Below, one piece after another: positions 1 to 10,357 of a DNA stretch of 64,000 nucleotides. Both the position numbers and the translations under genes were made by a program. The notes below the pieces were generated by a model. The model was not told where the DNA came from. It saw only the letters and a list, made by a program, of their open reading frames with translations, and did no database searches. The stretch is from Eubacteriales bacterium (GTDB lineage: Bacteria; Bacillota; Clostridia; Oscillospirales; CAG-272), in NCBI GenBank assembly GCA_045605175.1, contig JAZUPL010000013.1, positions 95 through 64,094 of the forward strand, in the 5' to 3' direction. How positions within the stretch are numbered: position 1 is the stretch's first letter; the number at the start of each line of letters is the position of its first letter.

Positions 1-3000
1 AACCCCGCTACAATTATGACCGACACAACCATAGCAGACAAGGTATATATGGAGCCCTTGACGCTCGAATACATAGCAAAGATAATCCGCTACGAAAGAC
101 CTGATGCAATAGTCCCCGGCATCGGTGGACAGACCGGTCTTAATATGGCTATGCTCCTTGAGAAGAAAGGTATTCTCAAAGAAAACGGAGTTGAACTTCT
201 CGGCACTTCCAGTCGTAGCATCGAATGCGCAGAGGACCGCGAACTCTTCAAGGAGTTGTGCGAGTCGATAGGCGAGCCTGTTATTCCTTCTGATATAGCA
301 AACACGGTTGAAGAGGCGGTTCTGGCAGCAGAAAAGATAGGCTATCCCGTTGTTCTTCGCCCCGCGTTCACCCTCGGTGGTACGGGTGGCGGCTTTGCTT
401 ACAACCGTGAGGAACTTGAAATCGTAGCAAACGATGCGCTCACAGCCTCCCCTGTTCATCAGGTTCTCGTAGAGAAGAGTGTAAAGGGCTTCAAAGAGAT
501 AGAGTTTGAGGTTATGCGCGACTCCGCCGACCACGCAATTACAATCTGCGGTATGGAGAACATCGACCCCGTCGGCGTTCATACAGGTGACAGTATGGTC
601 GTAGCACCCATTCTCACTCTAAATGACCACGACCTGAAGATGCTAAATGATTCGGCTATCAAGCTTATCAAAGAACTTAAAATAGAAGGTGGCTGCAACG
701 TTCAGTTTGCACTCAACCCCACCTCCTCCGAATACTATCTCATAGAGGTCAACCCCAGAGTTTCCCGTTCCTCTGCTCTTGCCTCCAAGGCGTCGGGCTA
801 CCCCATAGCAAGGGTTACAGCAAAGATTGCAGTAGGTATGACTCTTGACGAAATCTCGGTTGCGGGAACAAAGGCGTCCTTTGAGCCCTCGCTTGATTAC
901 ATCGTAGCAAAGTTCCCCCGCTTCCCCTTCGACAAGTTCACAAGCGTGCCTAACAAACTCGGCACACAGATGAAAGCTACGGGCGAATGCATGGGTATCG
1001 GCTCTAACCTTGAGGAGTGCATCCTTAAATCGGTAAGATCGCTTGAAATCGGCGTTTGCCACCTCCATATGGCGAAGTACGACTCCAAGACCGACATAGA
1101 GATGCTATCCTACCTTGAGGACTTCCATGACGACAACGCTTTCGTAATAGCAGAACTTCTCCGTCGCTCTCACTCGGTTGAGGAACTCCACAATATAACC
1201 AAGATAACCCCCTTCTTCCTTGAATCCTTCAAGAAAATTACCGATATGGAAGCCATTCTTAAGGCAAACGTAGGAAGCGCCTCCGTCCTTAAAGAGGCGA
1301 AGATTATGGGCTTCTCGGATAAGTATATCGCAAAACTCTGGTCCACCACCGAACTTGAGGTAGTTGCAGTAAGAAAAGCAAACGGCATAATTCCCGTATT
1401 CCGTATGGTTGACACCGCCCACGTAGGTGCGTATATCCCTTACTTCTACTCCTCCTTTACAGGTGAAAACAAGTCTATCCGCACCGACCGCAAGAAGGTT
1501 GTCGTCCTCGGTGCAGGTCCTATCCGTATCGGACAGGGCGTCGAGTTTGACTACTCCACCGTTCACGCGGTAAACACTATTCGCAACTGTGGATACGAAG
1601 CAATTATCATAAATAATAACCCCGAAACCGTTTCCACCGACTACACCTGCTCGGACAAACTCTACTTTGAGCCTCTGACGGTCGAGGACGTAATGAGCGT
1701 TATCGACTTTGAACAGCCCGACGGAGTTATCGCCTCTCTTGGCGGACAGACGGCTATTAACCTCGCCGCCCCCCTTGCAGAAAGAGGTGTAAAGATTATA
1801 GGCACCGACTGCGAGGCTATCGACAGGGCGGAAAACCGTGACACCTTCGAGAAAATTCTTGAAGAACTCAACATTCCCCAACCCAAGGGACAGGCTGTCA
1901 CAAAAATCGAGGACGGCGTTAGAGTGGCAAAGGAAATAGGCTACCCCGTACTCGTTCGCCCCAGTTTCGTTCTCGGTGGCAGAGCAATGCAACTTGTTGG
2001 CAACGAGGAGCAACTCCGTCACTATCTGCGTACGGCGGTTGAAATTGACGAGGACAAGCCCGTACTCGTTGACCACTACATTCAAGGTAAAGAGGTCGAG
2101 GTCGATGCTATCTGCGACGGCAGGGACGTGTTCGTTGCAGGTATTATGGAACTGGTCGAGCGTACAGGTGTTCACTCCGGCGACTCTATCAGTATCTACC
2201 CCTCCTTCTCTATCTCGAACAAGGTTAAGGGCAAAATCCTCACCTACTCCAAGGCTCTCGGTCTTGGCATAGGCATTGTAGGTCTTTTCAACATTCAGTT
2301 CATCGTTGACAACAACGACGACGTATATATCATAGAGGTTAACCCCCGTTCTTCAAGAACTGTTCCCTTCCTCTCCAAGTCCACCGGCTACTCGCTGGCA
2401 GACATTGCAACCGAGGTCATTCTCGGCCGCTCACTCAAGGAACAGGGAATCTTCGACCTCTACCCCGAGGAGAAGAAGAGATGGTACTGCAAGGTTCCAG
2501 TATTCTCTCACAAGAAGATAAACGGCATTGACGCTTACCTCTCCCCCGAGATGAAATCAACAGGCGAGGCGATAGGTTACGACGACGACCTCTACCGTGC
2601 ATTCTACAAGGCTCTGCAAGCATCAGGTATGACTGTGCAAAACTACGGCACCGTGCTTGTAACCATAGCAGACTGCGACAAGGCAGAGGCACTTCCTCTT
2701 ATCCGTCGATTCTACAACCTTGGATTTAACATCGAGGCAACAGGTGGCACCGCCCGCTTCCTTAAGCAAAACGGTATTCGCACAAGAGTAAAGGCGAAGA
2801 TAAGCGAAGGCTCAAGCGATATTCCCGATTCTATTCGCTCTGGTCATATCGCCTACGTTATCAACACCAGTGAAGTTAACTCTACCTCTCAACAGAAGGA
2901 CGGATACGAGATCAGAAGACTTGCGGTAGAAACCAATACCACACTCTTCACCTCGCTCGACACGGTAAGAGTTCTGCTCGATGTACTTGAGGACATCACC

Positions 3001-3027
3001 ATTACCATCTCGACAATAGATAGTTAA
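1..3027 (+). CDS. carB: carbamoyl-phosphate synthase large subunit, 5' end outside window
   Basis: Frame 1 is open from nt 1 (NPATIMTD...; ORF track 16..3027). Two ATP-grasp halves (EVNPRVSRSSALASKA and EVNPRSSRTVPFLSKS) and a C-terminal MGS-like domain. About 65 N-terminal residues of a typical CarB are missing upstream. Confidence 0.95.
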   Translation, partial: NPATIMTDTTIADKVYMEPLTLEYIAKIIRYERPDAIVPGIGGQTGLNMAMLLEKKGILKENGVELLGTSSRSIECAEDRELFKELCESIGEPVIPSDIANTVEEAVLAAEKIGYPVVLRPAFTLGGTGGGFAYNREELEIVANDALTASPVHQVLVEKSVKGFKEIEFEVMRDSADHAITICGMENIDPVGVHTGDSMVVAPILTLNDHDLKMLNDSAIKLIKELKIEGGCNVQFALNPTSSEYYLIEVNPRVSRSSALASKASGYPIARVTAKIAVGMTLDEISVAGTKASFEPSLDYIVAKFPRFPFDKFTSVPNKLGTQMKATGECMGIGSNLEECILKSVRSLEIGVCHLHMAKYDSKTDIEMLSYLEDFHDDNAFVIAELLRRSHSVEELHNITKITPFFLESFKKITDMEAILKANVGSASVLKEAKIMGFSDKYIAKLWSTTELEVVAVRKANGIIPVFRMVDTAHVGAYIPYFYSSFTGENKSIRTDRKKVVVLGAGPIRIGQGVEFDYSTVHAVNTIRNCGYEAIIINNNPETVSTDYTCSDKLYFEPLTVEDVMSVIDFEQPDGVIASLGGQTAINLAAPLAERGVKIIGTDCEAIDRAENRDTFEKILEELNIPQPKGQAVTKIEDGVRVAKEIGYPVLVRPSFVLGGRAMQLVGNEEQLRHYLRTAVEIDEDKPVLVDHYIQGKEVEVDAICDGRDVFVAGIMELVERTGVHSGDSISIYPSFSISNKVKGKILTYSKALGLGIGIVGLFNIQFIVDNNDDVYIIEVNPRSSRTVPFLSKSTGYSLADIATEVILGRSLKEQGIFDLYPEEKKRWYCKVPVFSHKKINGIDAYLSPEMKSTGEAIGYDDDLYRAFYKALQASGMTVQNYGTVLVTIADCDKAEALPLIRRFYNLGFNIEATGGTARFLKQNGIRTRVKAKISEGSSDIPDSIRSGHIAYVINTSEVNSTSQQKDGYEIRRLAVETNTTLFTSLDTVRVLLDVLEDITITISTIDS

Positions 3028-3111
3028 TTGTAAATAATAGTTGACAAAGTTGCCCTGTTTGCTTGACACGGGTGCAGGGCAACTCCGAATACAGAAAGGA
3101 AAGGCCATTCA

Positions 3112-3843
3112 ATGAAGGATACACTTTTTACCCTTGTATCTAACAAAAGAATTGCAAAGAACACCTACGAATGGGTGCTTGAAGGTGACATCTCTGATAT
3201 CACCTCATCAGGGCAGTTTGTAAACATCAAACTTGATGGTTTTTATCTTCGCCGTCCCATATCGGTGTGCGACAGCGAGAACGAAAAACTCACCCTTATA
3301 TTCAAAGTAGTGGGTGACGGCACTGAAAAAATGAAAGAGGCAAAGGTGGGTGAAAAATTCCTCACCCTGACCGGTCTTGGCAACGGATACGACCTCTCGC
3401 TCGCAGGGGACAGTCCTCTGCTTATTGGTGGCGGTGCGGGAATACCACCTATGTATATGCTCGCAAAAAGGCTTATAGAAAAAGGGGCAACGCCCACAGT
3501 AATACTTGGATTTAACACAGAGGACGAATTGTTCTATAAAGAGGAGTTTGAGGCACTTGGAATTACGGTTTTAGTGACTACTGTCGACGGCTCGGTAGGT
3601 ATAAAAGGATTTGTCACCGACGCTATGAAAGAGTGCAACTACACCTACTTCTACACCTGTGGCCCTGAGCCTATGCTTAAAGCCATATACAACGCCTCTA
3701 CAACCTCCGGCCAGTTCTCATTTGAGGAGAGAATGGGTTGTGGTTTTGGTGCTTGTATGGGTTGCAGTTGCAAGACCAAATATGGCAACAAGAGAATATG
3801 CCGCGACGGCCCTGTTCTTGTAAAGGAGGAGATAATATGGTAA
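3112..3843 (+). CDS. pyrK: dihydroorotate dehydrogenase (class 1B) electron-transfer subunit
   Basis: 243 aa. Ferredoxin-reductase-like motifs (RRPISV, LIGGGAGIPP) and a C-terminal 2Fe-2S Cys cluster (CGFGACMGCSC...C). Stop overlaps the pyrD start. Confidence 0.9.
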   Translation: MKDTLFTLVSNKRIAKNTYEWVLEGDISDITSSGQFVNIKLDGFYLRRPISVCDSENEKLTLIFKVVGDGTEKMKEAKVGEKFLTLTGLGNGYDLSLAGDSPLLIGGGAGIPPMYMLAKRLIEKGATPTVILGFNTEDELFYKEEFEALGITVLVTTVDGSVGIKGFVTDAMKECNYTYFYTCGPEPMLKAIYNASTTSGQFSFEERMGCGFGACMGCSCKTKYGNKRICRDGPVLVKEEIIW

Positions 3844-4748
3844 ATACAAAGGTAACCCTCTGCGGAATTGAGATGGATAACCCGATTATCCCCGCCAGCG
3901 GAACTTTTGGCTTCGGCTACGAATTTGCCGAACTGTATGACATCAACATATTAGGCTCGCTCTCCTTTAAGGGAACGACGCTTAACCCCCGATTTGGAAA
4001 CCCCACACCCAGAATTGCCGAGTGTCCCTCGGGTATGCTCAACGCAGTAGGTCTTCAAAACCCCGGTGTTGATGCTGTTATCTCCCACGAACTGCCACTG
4101 CTTCGTGAAGTTTTCCACAAGCCCACCATGGCGAATGTGTCGGGATTTTCGCTCGAAGAATACGTGGAAACCGTGAGAAAACTTGACACGGTAGAGGACA
4201 TCGGCTGGTTCGAGGTAAACATTTCTTGTCCCAACGTCCACGGTGGCGGTATGTCTTTCGGCACATCCCCCGATATGGCAGAGAGTGTCACCCGTGCAGT
4301 AAGAGATGTGACAAAAAAGCCTATCATAATCAAACTTTCCCCTAATGTAACAGATATAGTATCAATAGCAAAAGCCTGCGAGGCAGGCGGTGCTGACGGC
4401 GTCAGTCTGATTAACACCCTGCTCGGTATGCGTATCGACCTGAAAAAGAGAAAGCCCCTGCTCGCCAACAAGACGGGAGGCTACTCCGGCCCTGCTATCA
4501 AGCCGGTAGCAGTGAGAATGATTTACCAGGTATATGAGGGAGTAAAAATTCCTATTGTCGGTATGGGTGGCGTTTGCCGAGCAGAGGACGTCATAGAACT
4601 TATGCTCGCCGGTGCTACCGCAGTAGAGGTGGGTGCTGAAAACCTCGTAAACCCCTATGCGTGTCGGGATATTATAGAGGAACTGCCCCTTGTTATGGAA
4701 AAATACGGAATAAATAATTTAAGTGAAATAATTGGAGGTGCTCACTAA
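3837..4748 (+). CDS. pyrD: dihydroorotate dehydrogenase catalytic subunit, class 1B
   Basis: Start placed at ATG 3837 ([10 protein letters not shown]...), which overlaps the pyrK stop as ATGGTAA. The ORF-track start 3738 lies inside pyrK. Motifs [20 protein letters not shown] and GGVSGPAIKP-like are present. Confidence 0.93.
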   Translation: MVNTKVTLCGIEMDNPIIPASGTFGFGYEFAELYDINILGSLSFKGTTLNPRFGNPTPRIAECPSGMLNAVGLQNPGVDAVISHELPLLREVFHKPTMANVSGFSLEEYVETVRKLDTVEDIGWFEVNISCPNVHGGGMSFGTSPDMAESVTRAVRDVTKKPIIIKLSPNVTDIVSIAKACEAGGADGVSLINTLLGMRIDLKKRKPLLANKTGGYSGPAIKPVAVRMIYQVYEGVKIPIVGMGGVCRAEDVIELMLAGATAVEVGAENLVNPYACRDIIEELPLVMEKYGINNLSEIIGGAH

Positions 4749-5446
4749 TGGGTAAGGATGTTATTATCGCCTGCGATTTCGCATCGGCAGAGGAAACCTT
4801 TGCATTCCTCGACAAATTTGAGGGCAAAAAGCCTTTTGTAAAAATTGGTATGGAACTCTACTATGCAGAGGGCCCTGCCATTGTAAGAGAGATCAAAAGA
4901 AGAGGACACAAGATTTTCCTCGACCTCAAACTCCACGATATTCCCAACACGGTAAAGAAGTCTATGGCAGTGCTTTCCAGACTTGATGTTGATATGACAA
5001 ACCTGCACGCAAGCGGCACTATCCCGATGATGAAGGCGGCTCTTGAGGGGCTCACAAGACCTGACGGAACAAGACCTATTCTTATCGCAGTAACCCAACT
5101 CACCTCCACCGATGAGGAAACTATGCGTCGCGATCTGCTTATCGAACAGCCCATAGCAGAGGTGGTTATGCACTATGCTTCCAACGCAAAAGAGGCAGGA
5201 CTTGACGGTGTTGTTTGCTCTCCCCTTGAGGCAGGTAAGGTTCACGAAAGATGTGGTGAGGGCTTTGTAACCGTTACCCCCGGCGTCAGATTTGCCGACG
5301 GTGACAAGGGCGACCAAAAGAGAGTTATGACTCCCGAACAGGCAAGACTTATCGGCTCGGACTACATAGTAGTCGGCAGACCTATCACCGCCGCAGCCGA
5401 CCCCGTTGCCGCATACGAGAGATGCTGTCGCGAGTTCATCGGTTGA
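4748..5446 (+). CDS. pyrF: orotidine 5'-phosphate decarboxylase
   Basis: 232 aa. [13 protein letters not shown] motif and IVVGRPIT C-terminal motif. Start overlaps the pyrD stop. Confidence 0.93.
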   Translation: MGKDVIIACDFASAEETFAFLDKFEGKKPFVKIGMELYYAEGPAIVREIKRRGHKIFLDLKLHDIPNTVKKSMAVLSRLDVDMTNLHASGTIPMMKAALEGLTRPDGTRPILIAVTQLTSTDEETMRRDLLIEQPIAEVVMHYASNAKEAGLDGVVCSPLEAGKVHERCGEGFVTVTPGVRFADGDKGDQKRVMTPEQARLIGSDYIVVGRPITAAADPVAAYERCCREFIG

Positions 5447-5557
5447 TAAAGAGATTTAAGGGTGTTAAAATAGAGTTCCTACTGCTTTCAATAGGATTTA
5501 TTATAGGATTTTTAACCACGCTTTATAAAAATAATAAATGAGAGAGGAAAAACAAAA

Positions 5558-6214
5558 ATGGAAGGCTACAAAAGAGAATTTATACAGTTCCTTGAAAAAG
5601 CAGGCGTTCTTAAGTTTGGAGATTTCACCGCAAAGAGTGGAAGAAAAATCCCCTACTTTATCAACGCAGGCATGATAAAGACAGGCGAAGATATAGCAAA
5701 ACTCGGCGAATTTTACGCCAAGGCATACTTTGACAAACTCGGCAAAAGGCCAACGGTTCTTTACGGCCCTGCTTACAAGGGAATTTCGCTCGCTGTTTCC
5801 GCGGCAGTCGCACTTTCCAAGAACGACCTCAACGTCCCCTTCTTCTTCAACAGAAAAGAGGCCAAGGACCACGGCGAGGGTGGCGTTTTCGTAGGCTACG
5901 TACCCACCCAAGGCGAAGAAATAGTTATTATTGAGGACGTTATCACCGCAGGCACTGCAATCCGCGAGTCTATGGAAATACTCTCTCACCTTGACGGCAC
6001 CAAGGTTGTCGCAACCTTTATTATGGTTAACCGCAAGGAAAAGGGACAGGGCGACAAGGGTGCTATGGAAGAGATCGCTGAGCAGTTTGGCTTCCCCGTT
6101 TATTCGATAGTTGACGTTTACGATATAATAGAATACCTCGAAGAAGACCCCGCAAACGAGGAAAACGTAACAAGAATTAAAAACTACCTTAAGGTTTACG
6201 GAGCACAGGCATAA
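5558..6214 (+). CDS. pyrE: orotate phosphoribosyltransferase
   Basis: 218 aa. PRPP-binding loop [13 protein letters not shown]. Located in the pyr operon. Confidence 0.92.
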   Translation: MEGYKREFIQFLEKAGVLKFGDFTAKSGRKIPYFINAGMIKTGEDIAKLGEFYAKAYFDKLGKRPTVLYGPAYKGISLAVSAAVALSKNDLNVPFFFNRKEAKDHGEGGVFVGYVPTQGEEIVIIEDVITAGTAIRESMEILSHLDGTKVVATFIMVNRKEKGQGDKGAMEEIAEQFGFPVYSIVDVYDIIEYLEEDPANEENVTRIKNYLKVYGAQA

Positions 6215-7275
6215 TGAGAAATCTCATTGATATACTTGACTTTACAACCGAGGAAATCGACTCCCTTATCGAGGTTGCAAACGACATAATTGACAATCCC
6301 GACAAATACCGTGACGTGTGCCACGGAAAAATTATGGGTACACTCTTCTTCGAGCCGTCCACCCGAACAAGGCTCTCCTTCACCTCGGCAATGATGTCGC
6401 TTGGTGGCTCGGTCTTGGGCTTTGACAGTGCTGGCAATTCCTCTGTTTCCAAGGGCGAAACGGTGAGCGATACCATTCGCATGGTTTCTGCATACACCGA
6501 TATTATTGCGATGCGACACCCCAAGGAGGGCGCACCCATAGCCGCCTCTCGCGTGGCTACTGTACCTATCATAAACGCAGGTGACGGCGGTCACTTTCAC
6601 CCCACACAGACGCTCACCGACCTGTTAACCATTTCCCGTAAGTGCGGGAGATTTGACCACCTGACCGTGGGACTCTGCGGTGACCTTAAATATGGTAGGA
6701 CGGTACACTCGCTTATCTCGGCAATGTCAAGATACGAGGGGGTAAAATTCGTGCTAATTTCCCCCGACGAACTCAAACTCCCCGAATATGTAAAAGAGGA
6801 GTTTCTCGACAAGAACAAGTGCGAATATATTGAAACCGCCTCGCTTGAAGAGGCAATACCCTTCCTCGACATTCTCTATATGACAAGAATACAAAGAGAA
6901 AGGTTTGAAAGCGAGGAGCAGTACGAAAGGCTCAAGGACTCATACGAGTTGTGTCTTAGTAAACTAAAGTTTGCAAAGGAGAGTCTCTCTATATTGCACC
7001 CCCTACCCCGTGTTAACGAAATCAATGTTGACGTGGACGACGACCCTCGCGCTCACTACTTTGACCAGGCGATGTACGGAAGATATATCCGTATGGCTCT
7101 AATTCTTATGCTCCTCGAAACCAAGGGTGTTGATGACAGGAGAATCAAGGGCGAGGAAAACCCATCTCTTGAGTGCCTAAACCCCCACTGTCTTTCCCGT
7201 ACAGAAAGAGGAATTAAAAAACTCTTTGACGGTGCTCGCTGTATCTACTGCGACCAGACGGCGGTAAAGAGATAA
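6214..7275 (+). CDS. pyrB: aspartate carbamoyltransferase catalytic chain with C-terminal PyrI-like zinc-ribbon extension
   Basis: STRTR and HPTQ signature motifs and HPLPRV. The protein is 353 aa against about 300-310 for stand-alone PyrB. The extra 51 aa carry C-x4-C-x16-C-x2-C. Confidence 0.92.
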   Translation: MRNLIDILDFTTEEIDSLIEVANDIIDNPDKYRDVCHGKIMGTLFFEPSTRTRLSFTSAMMSLGGSVLGFDSAGNSSVSKGETVSDTIRMVSAYTDIIAMRHPKEGAPIAASRVATVPIINAGDGGHFHPTQTLTDLLTISRKCGRFDHLTVGLCGDLKYGRTVHSLISAMSRYEGVKFVLISPDELKLPEYVKEEFLDKNKCEYIETASLEEAIPFLDILYMTRIQRERFESEEQYERLKDSYELCLSKLKFAKESLSILHPLPRVNEINVDVDDDPRAHYFDQAMYGRYIRMALILMLLETKGVDDRRIKGEENPSLECLNPHCLSRTERGIKKLFDGARCIYCDQTAVKR

Positions 7276-7276
7276 A

Positions 7277-7346
7277 AACAGATGCCCAAGCCAAGCATCC
7301 ACTGTATAGATAACAGATGCCCAAGCCAAGCATCCACCGTATAGAA
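7277..7346. repeat. 2 x 35-bp tandem direct repeat
   Basis: aacagatgcccaagccaagcatccac[t/c]gtataga occurs twice back to back (2 mismatches). Each unit contains a GATGC-n9-GCATC hairpin. Confidence 0.8.
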
Positions 7347-7349
7347 AAA

Positions 7350-7377
7350 CCGACAGGAATTGATCCTGTCGGTTTTT
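7350..7377. terminator. bidirectional rho-independent terminator between pyrB (+) and the LRR array (-)
   Basis: CCGACAGGA-attga-TCCTGTCGG stem, flanked by an A-run upstream and TTTTT downstream. Confidence 0.8.
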
Positions 7378-7434
7378 GATTTAGTTTTAACAGTCAAAAC
7401 AAGCACAGGGGGGCTTCTTTTTTCGACACACCCA

Positions 7435-8688
7435 TTAACTGAACTTTTCAACAATCTTCGCAAAGCAACCTGTATAGGCGTACGCACTGGTGCTTGAGGG
7501 ATTGGCGTGCAACCTTATTGTAGTCAATGAACGGCAGTTTTCAAAGGCGTACGCCCCGATATATTTTACACTTTTCGGCATATCAATATTCTTTATGCTA
7601 ATACAACCTGAAAAGGCTTTGTAGCCTATTTTTTGTACGCCCTCTGCGAGGGTTATATTTTTTAGTCCAAAGCACATCTCAAACAGTGAATCTGCAAGTT
7701 CTTCCACACTCCCGGGTATCGAAATCTCTTTCAAAGAAGTACATGAACAAAAGGCTTTTTTGCCGAGTTTATTTAAGGCTTTTGGCAGACTCACGGTCTT
7801 TATAATTGTTCCAAAGAATGCCGACTCCCCAATTTCTTTAAGTGTGGGTGGCAAAACAACCTCTTTTAAACCCGAACGGCTGAAAACACCCGTAGGCAAG
7901 GTTACAACCCCTGACGGAATATCCACCGATAGAAGTTTTTTGCACTCGGCAAAGGCATATTCGCCAAGTGTGACAAGCCCTCTGGGGATTTTTATTTCCG
8001 AGAGCTTTGTGCAAGAATAAAAAGCCATATCTCCAATTTCAAGCAAGCTATCAGGCAGTTCAACCTTTACAAGATTCCCTGAATTGCTAAAGGCGTTTCT
8101 GCCTATTTTTTCAAGGCCCTCGGGAAGTTTTATGGTCTTTATACCAGGTTTTTTTGAAAATACCCATTCGCCTATTTCCTTTACCCCAACAGGCACCGAA
8201 ACCGTGTCTTCCCTGCCAAGATATTGGGTAAGCACTCCGTCTGTGACACGAAACTCAGGAGGTATTGTCACAGGAACAGGTGTTGACTTCTCTTGTGTTA
8301 CCTCTGTCGTAAACAGGTCAGCCACAAAACCGCCGTCAATTAGTTTCTTCGCTTTGTCAACCGTCCTCGCTCCATCGTCCAAAATTACCAAGAAAAGCGC
8401 CACCGCCATTCGAGCAAAGCCGTCCGCCATCAAAGCGCGCGTGGTGAGGATATAGATGGCGTTATTAACCCTAAGATTTTCGCTCTGTGTCTGGTCTGAC
8501 AGGCTAAGAAGAAGTCCATACCTTGCACCAAAGGTGAGCATATTCCGTACTGCCTCGTATCTGTCGCCAGGGATAATATCGGTTGCAACTGCGCAGAGCT
8601 TTTTCACATTAGCCGATGTTACCCGACCACCGAGTTCGCCTCTTAAATATCCGCCGAGTTTTAGCCCCGCTTCGATAATATTATCCAT
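7435..8688 (-). CDS. cytosolic LRR protein, paralog 6 (conserved N-domain + BspA/LRR_5-type repeats)
   Basis: 417 aa. N-terminus MDNIIEAGLKLGGYL...LCAVATDIIPGDRYE is shared with five neighbours. C-terminal repeats of the type IP.SV..IG..AF..C..L..I. No signal peptide. Confidence 0.85.
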   Translation of the reverse strand: MDNIIEAGLKLGGYLRGELGGRVTSANVKKLCAVATDIIPGDRYEAVRNMLTFGARYGLLLSLSDQTQSENLRVNNAIYILTTRALMADGFARMAVALFLVILDDGARTVDKAKKLIDGGFVADLFTTEVTQEKSTPVPVTIPPEFRVTDGVLTQYLGREDTVSVPVGVKEIGEWVFSKKPGIKTIKLPEGLEKIGRNAFSNSGNLVKVELPDSLLEIGDMAFYSCTKLSEIKIPRGLVTLGEYAFAECKKLLSVDIPSGVVTLPTGVFSRSGLKEVVLPPTLKEIGESAFFGTIIKTVSLPKALNKLGKKAFCSCTSLKEISIPGSVEELADSLFEMCFGLKNITLAEGVQKIGYKAFSGCISIKNIDMPKSVKYIGAYAFENCRSLTTIRLHANPSSTSAYAYTGCFAKIVEKFS

Positions 8689-8811
8689 AATGCATCCTTT
8701 TGTTTACATTTTCTGTTTTAGTGCTACCCCGTGTCAATTTTCTTGGCGAGGTGATACACACTTTTTGTTTTTCTTATAAGGAAAAGTCCGTCTTGGACCA
8801 TCCAAGCCTGG

Positions 8812-10302
8812 CTATATCTTCTTGACAGGTCGTCTATTAGGGTTCCACTTAGTGCCAAAAATCTCCCAAGGCTTAAGACCACCCTCTTTGTATATGGTGA
8901 GCTTTGGACAGGAAGCAAAGGCATCCTTACCAATCTTCTCTACACTCTTTGGTATAGTGACCTTTTCGAGCTCAGGGCAAAACTTAAACGCCTCGTCACC
9001 TATGAATGTGGTACCTGCAGGAATTTCCATCTCCTTTAGTTTATCACAAGAACGGAAGGCGCTATATGCAATAGTTTTTATGCCACTCGGAAGAGTTACC
9101 GTGGTAAGGCTTTTGCAACCACAGAATGTTTGGCAATCTATCTCATCAACATCTTGTGGGATAGTTATGCTTTGAAGCTCGTAACAGTTTTCAAACGCAT
9201 AACGTCCTATTTTTTTTATTCCCGTTGGAATGTCAAAGGTCTTAAGACTTTCACAGTTACGAAACATATAATAACCAATCTGATAATTATCCTTTTCGGG
9301 TGTGAATGTAATAGTTTCGATATTTTTACAGCCATCAAATGCACCGGCGAGCATATAGCCACCCGTTACGGTGACGTGCTTTAGAGATTCTGGCACATAA
9401 TACGTACTGAACGAGCCATAATAGTGCTGAGTTATGCACATAGCATCATCGAATTTGCTTGTGCCAAAGATAAAGCCGAGAGGCTTTTGGTAATTCTCGT
9501 GGCTTCTCTTCATCTCAGCCCCCACAAATGGCAGAGTGATGCTCTCAAGCGAGGAGCAACCAGCAAAGGCTCCGCTAGCTATACTCTTCACATTTTTAGG
9601 AACTACTACGCTCTTCAAAAATCTGCAATCCTGGAACGCCTTGCCTGCTATCGCCTTAACGTTACTCGGCACAACCACGTGGGCGTCTCTGCCCCTGTAT
9701 GCTTTAAGCACCCCGTCAACTATGTAGAAGTCGGAGGGGTTGTTTGGTTTTTGGGGCTGGGTGGATACTTGTGGTTGGGTGGATTGCTGAGGCATTCCCT
9801 TTTGCGCCTCGGGGGTTGAGGTTGTGACTTGGGGTGTTAAATTTTGAGGTTGGGCGAATTGCTCTTTAGGGGTGGTTTGGTTTTGTGTCTGCTGTTTTGG
9901 TGGCACAGGGGTAACTGTATCAGAGTTTTGCCCCTCGGTTTGTTCTTCAAGCAATGTATTAGCAAATTCCTCCGCCTCCGCCGAGCCCTCGCAAATTATC
10001 ATAACCAATGCCGCCGCATAACGGGCAAAACCTTTCGCAAGCATTGCCCTATCGACAAGGGTATGCACTATCTCTTTGGCTCTCGTTTCTCTATCAAAAC
10101 TACTCTCACTGTAATTTTCTAAGAGGTGATACTTTTGGCACAGCGTAAGGAGTCCCCTCGCCTGCTCGTATCTCTCGCCGGGAAGAACGTCGGTTGCCAC
10201 CGCACAAAGCCGCTTAGCATTTGCTAAGGTAACTCACCCGTCGAGTTCTTCTCTTAAATATTTGCCAAGTTTTTGCCCGGCTTCAATAATTATGTCTTTC
10301 AT
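8812..10302 (-). pseudogene. LRR paralog 5, interrupted by in-frame TGA at 10234..10236
   Basis: ATG at 10302 gives MKDIIIEAGQKLGKYLREELDG*VTLANAKRLCAVATDVLPGERYE. The stop aligns with Arg (CGA) of paralog 6. The ORF track only reports the downstream part, 8812..10200. Confidence 0.8.
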
Positions 10303-10357
10303 ATCTCACCATAAGTACATTTTTTATAACTAAAAAGCAATACACCTATAACCCCTA

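Noticed and set aside
1105-2175. 356-aa minus-strand ORF inside carB, and similar antisense ORFs at 34019..35431, 56226..57173, 60659..61735, 28352..29233 and 54604..55419
   Set aside because: All are antisense to strongly recognisable housekeeping or BMC genes and have no RBS or domain evidence.
3049-3083. GTTGCCCTG...CAGGGCAAC hairpin between carB and pyrK as a terminator or PyrR attenuator
   Set aside because: There is no T-run after the stem and no recognisable PyrR binding loop. It is kept only as context for the TTGACACGGGT motif it contains.
3738-3836. Upstream extension of the pyrD ORF
   Set aside because: It lies in another frame of the pyrK 3' end. The conserved PyrD N-terminus starts at ATG 3837, overlapping the pyrK stop.
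7277-7346. CRISPR array, DGR or mobile element signals (also considered for 27251..27346)
   Set aside because: There are only two to three contiguous repeat units without spacers. No cas, reverse transcriptase, transposase or integrase genes occur anywhere in the window.
10234-10236. Stop-codon reassignment or selenocysteine/readthrough as an explanation for the in-frame TGA and TAG codons in LRR genes
   Set aside because: TGA (pyrF), TAA (carB, pyrK, pyrD, pyrE and others) and TAG all terminate well-conserved genes at the expected positions in this window. Two different stop codons are involved. Each aligns with an ordinary Arg, Lys or Ser codon one mutation away in the paralogs.
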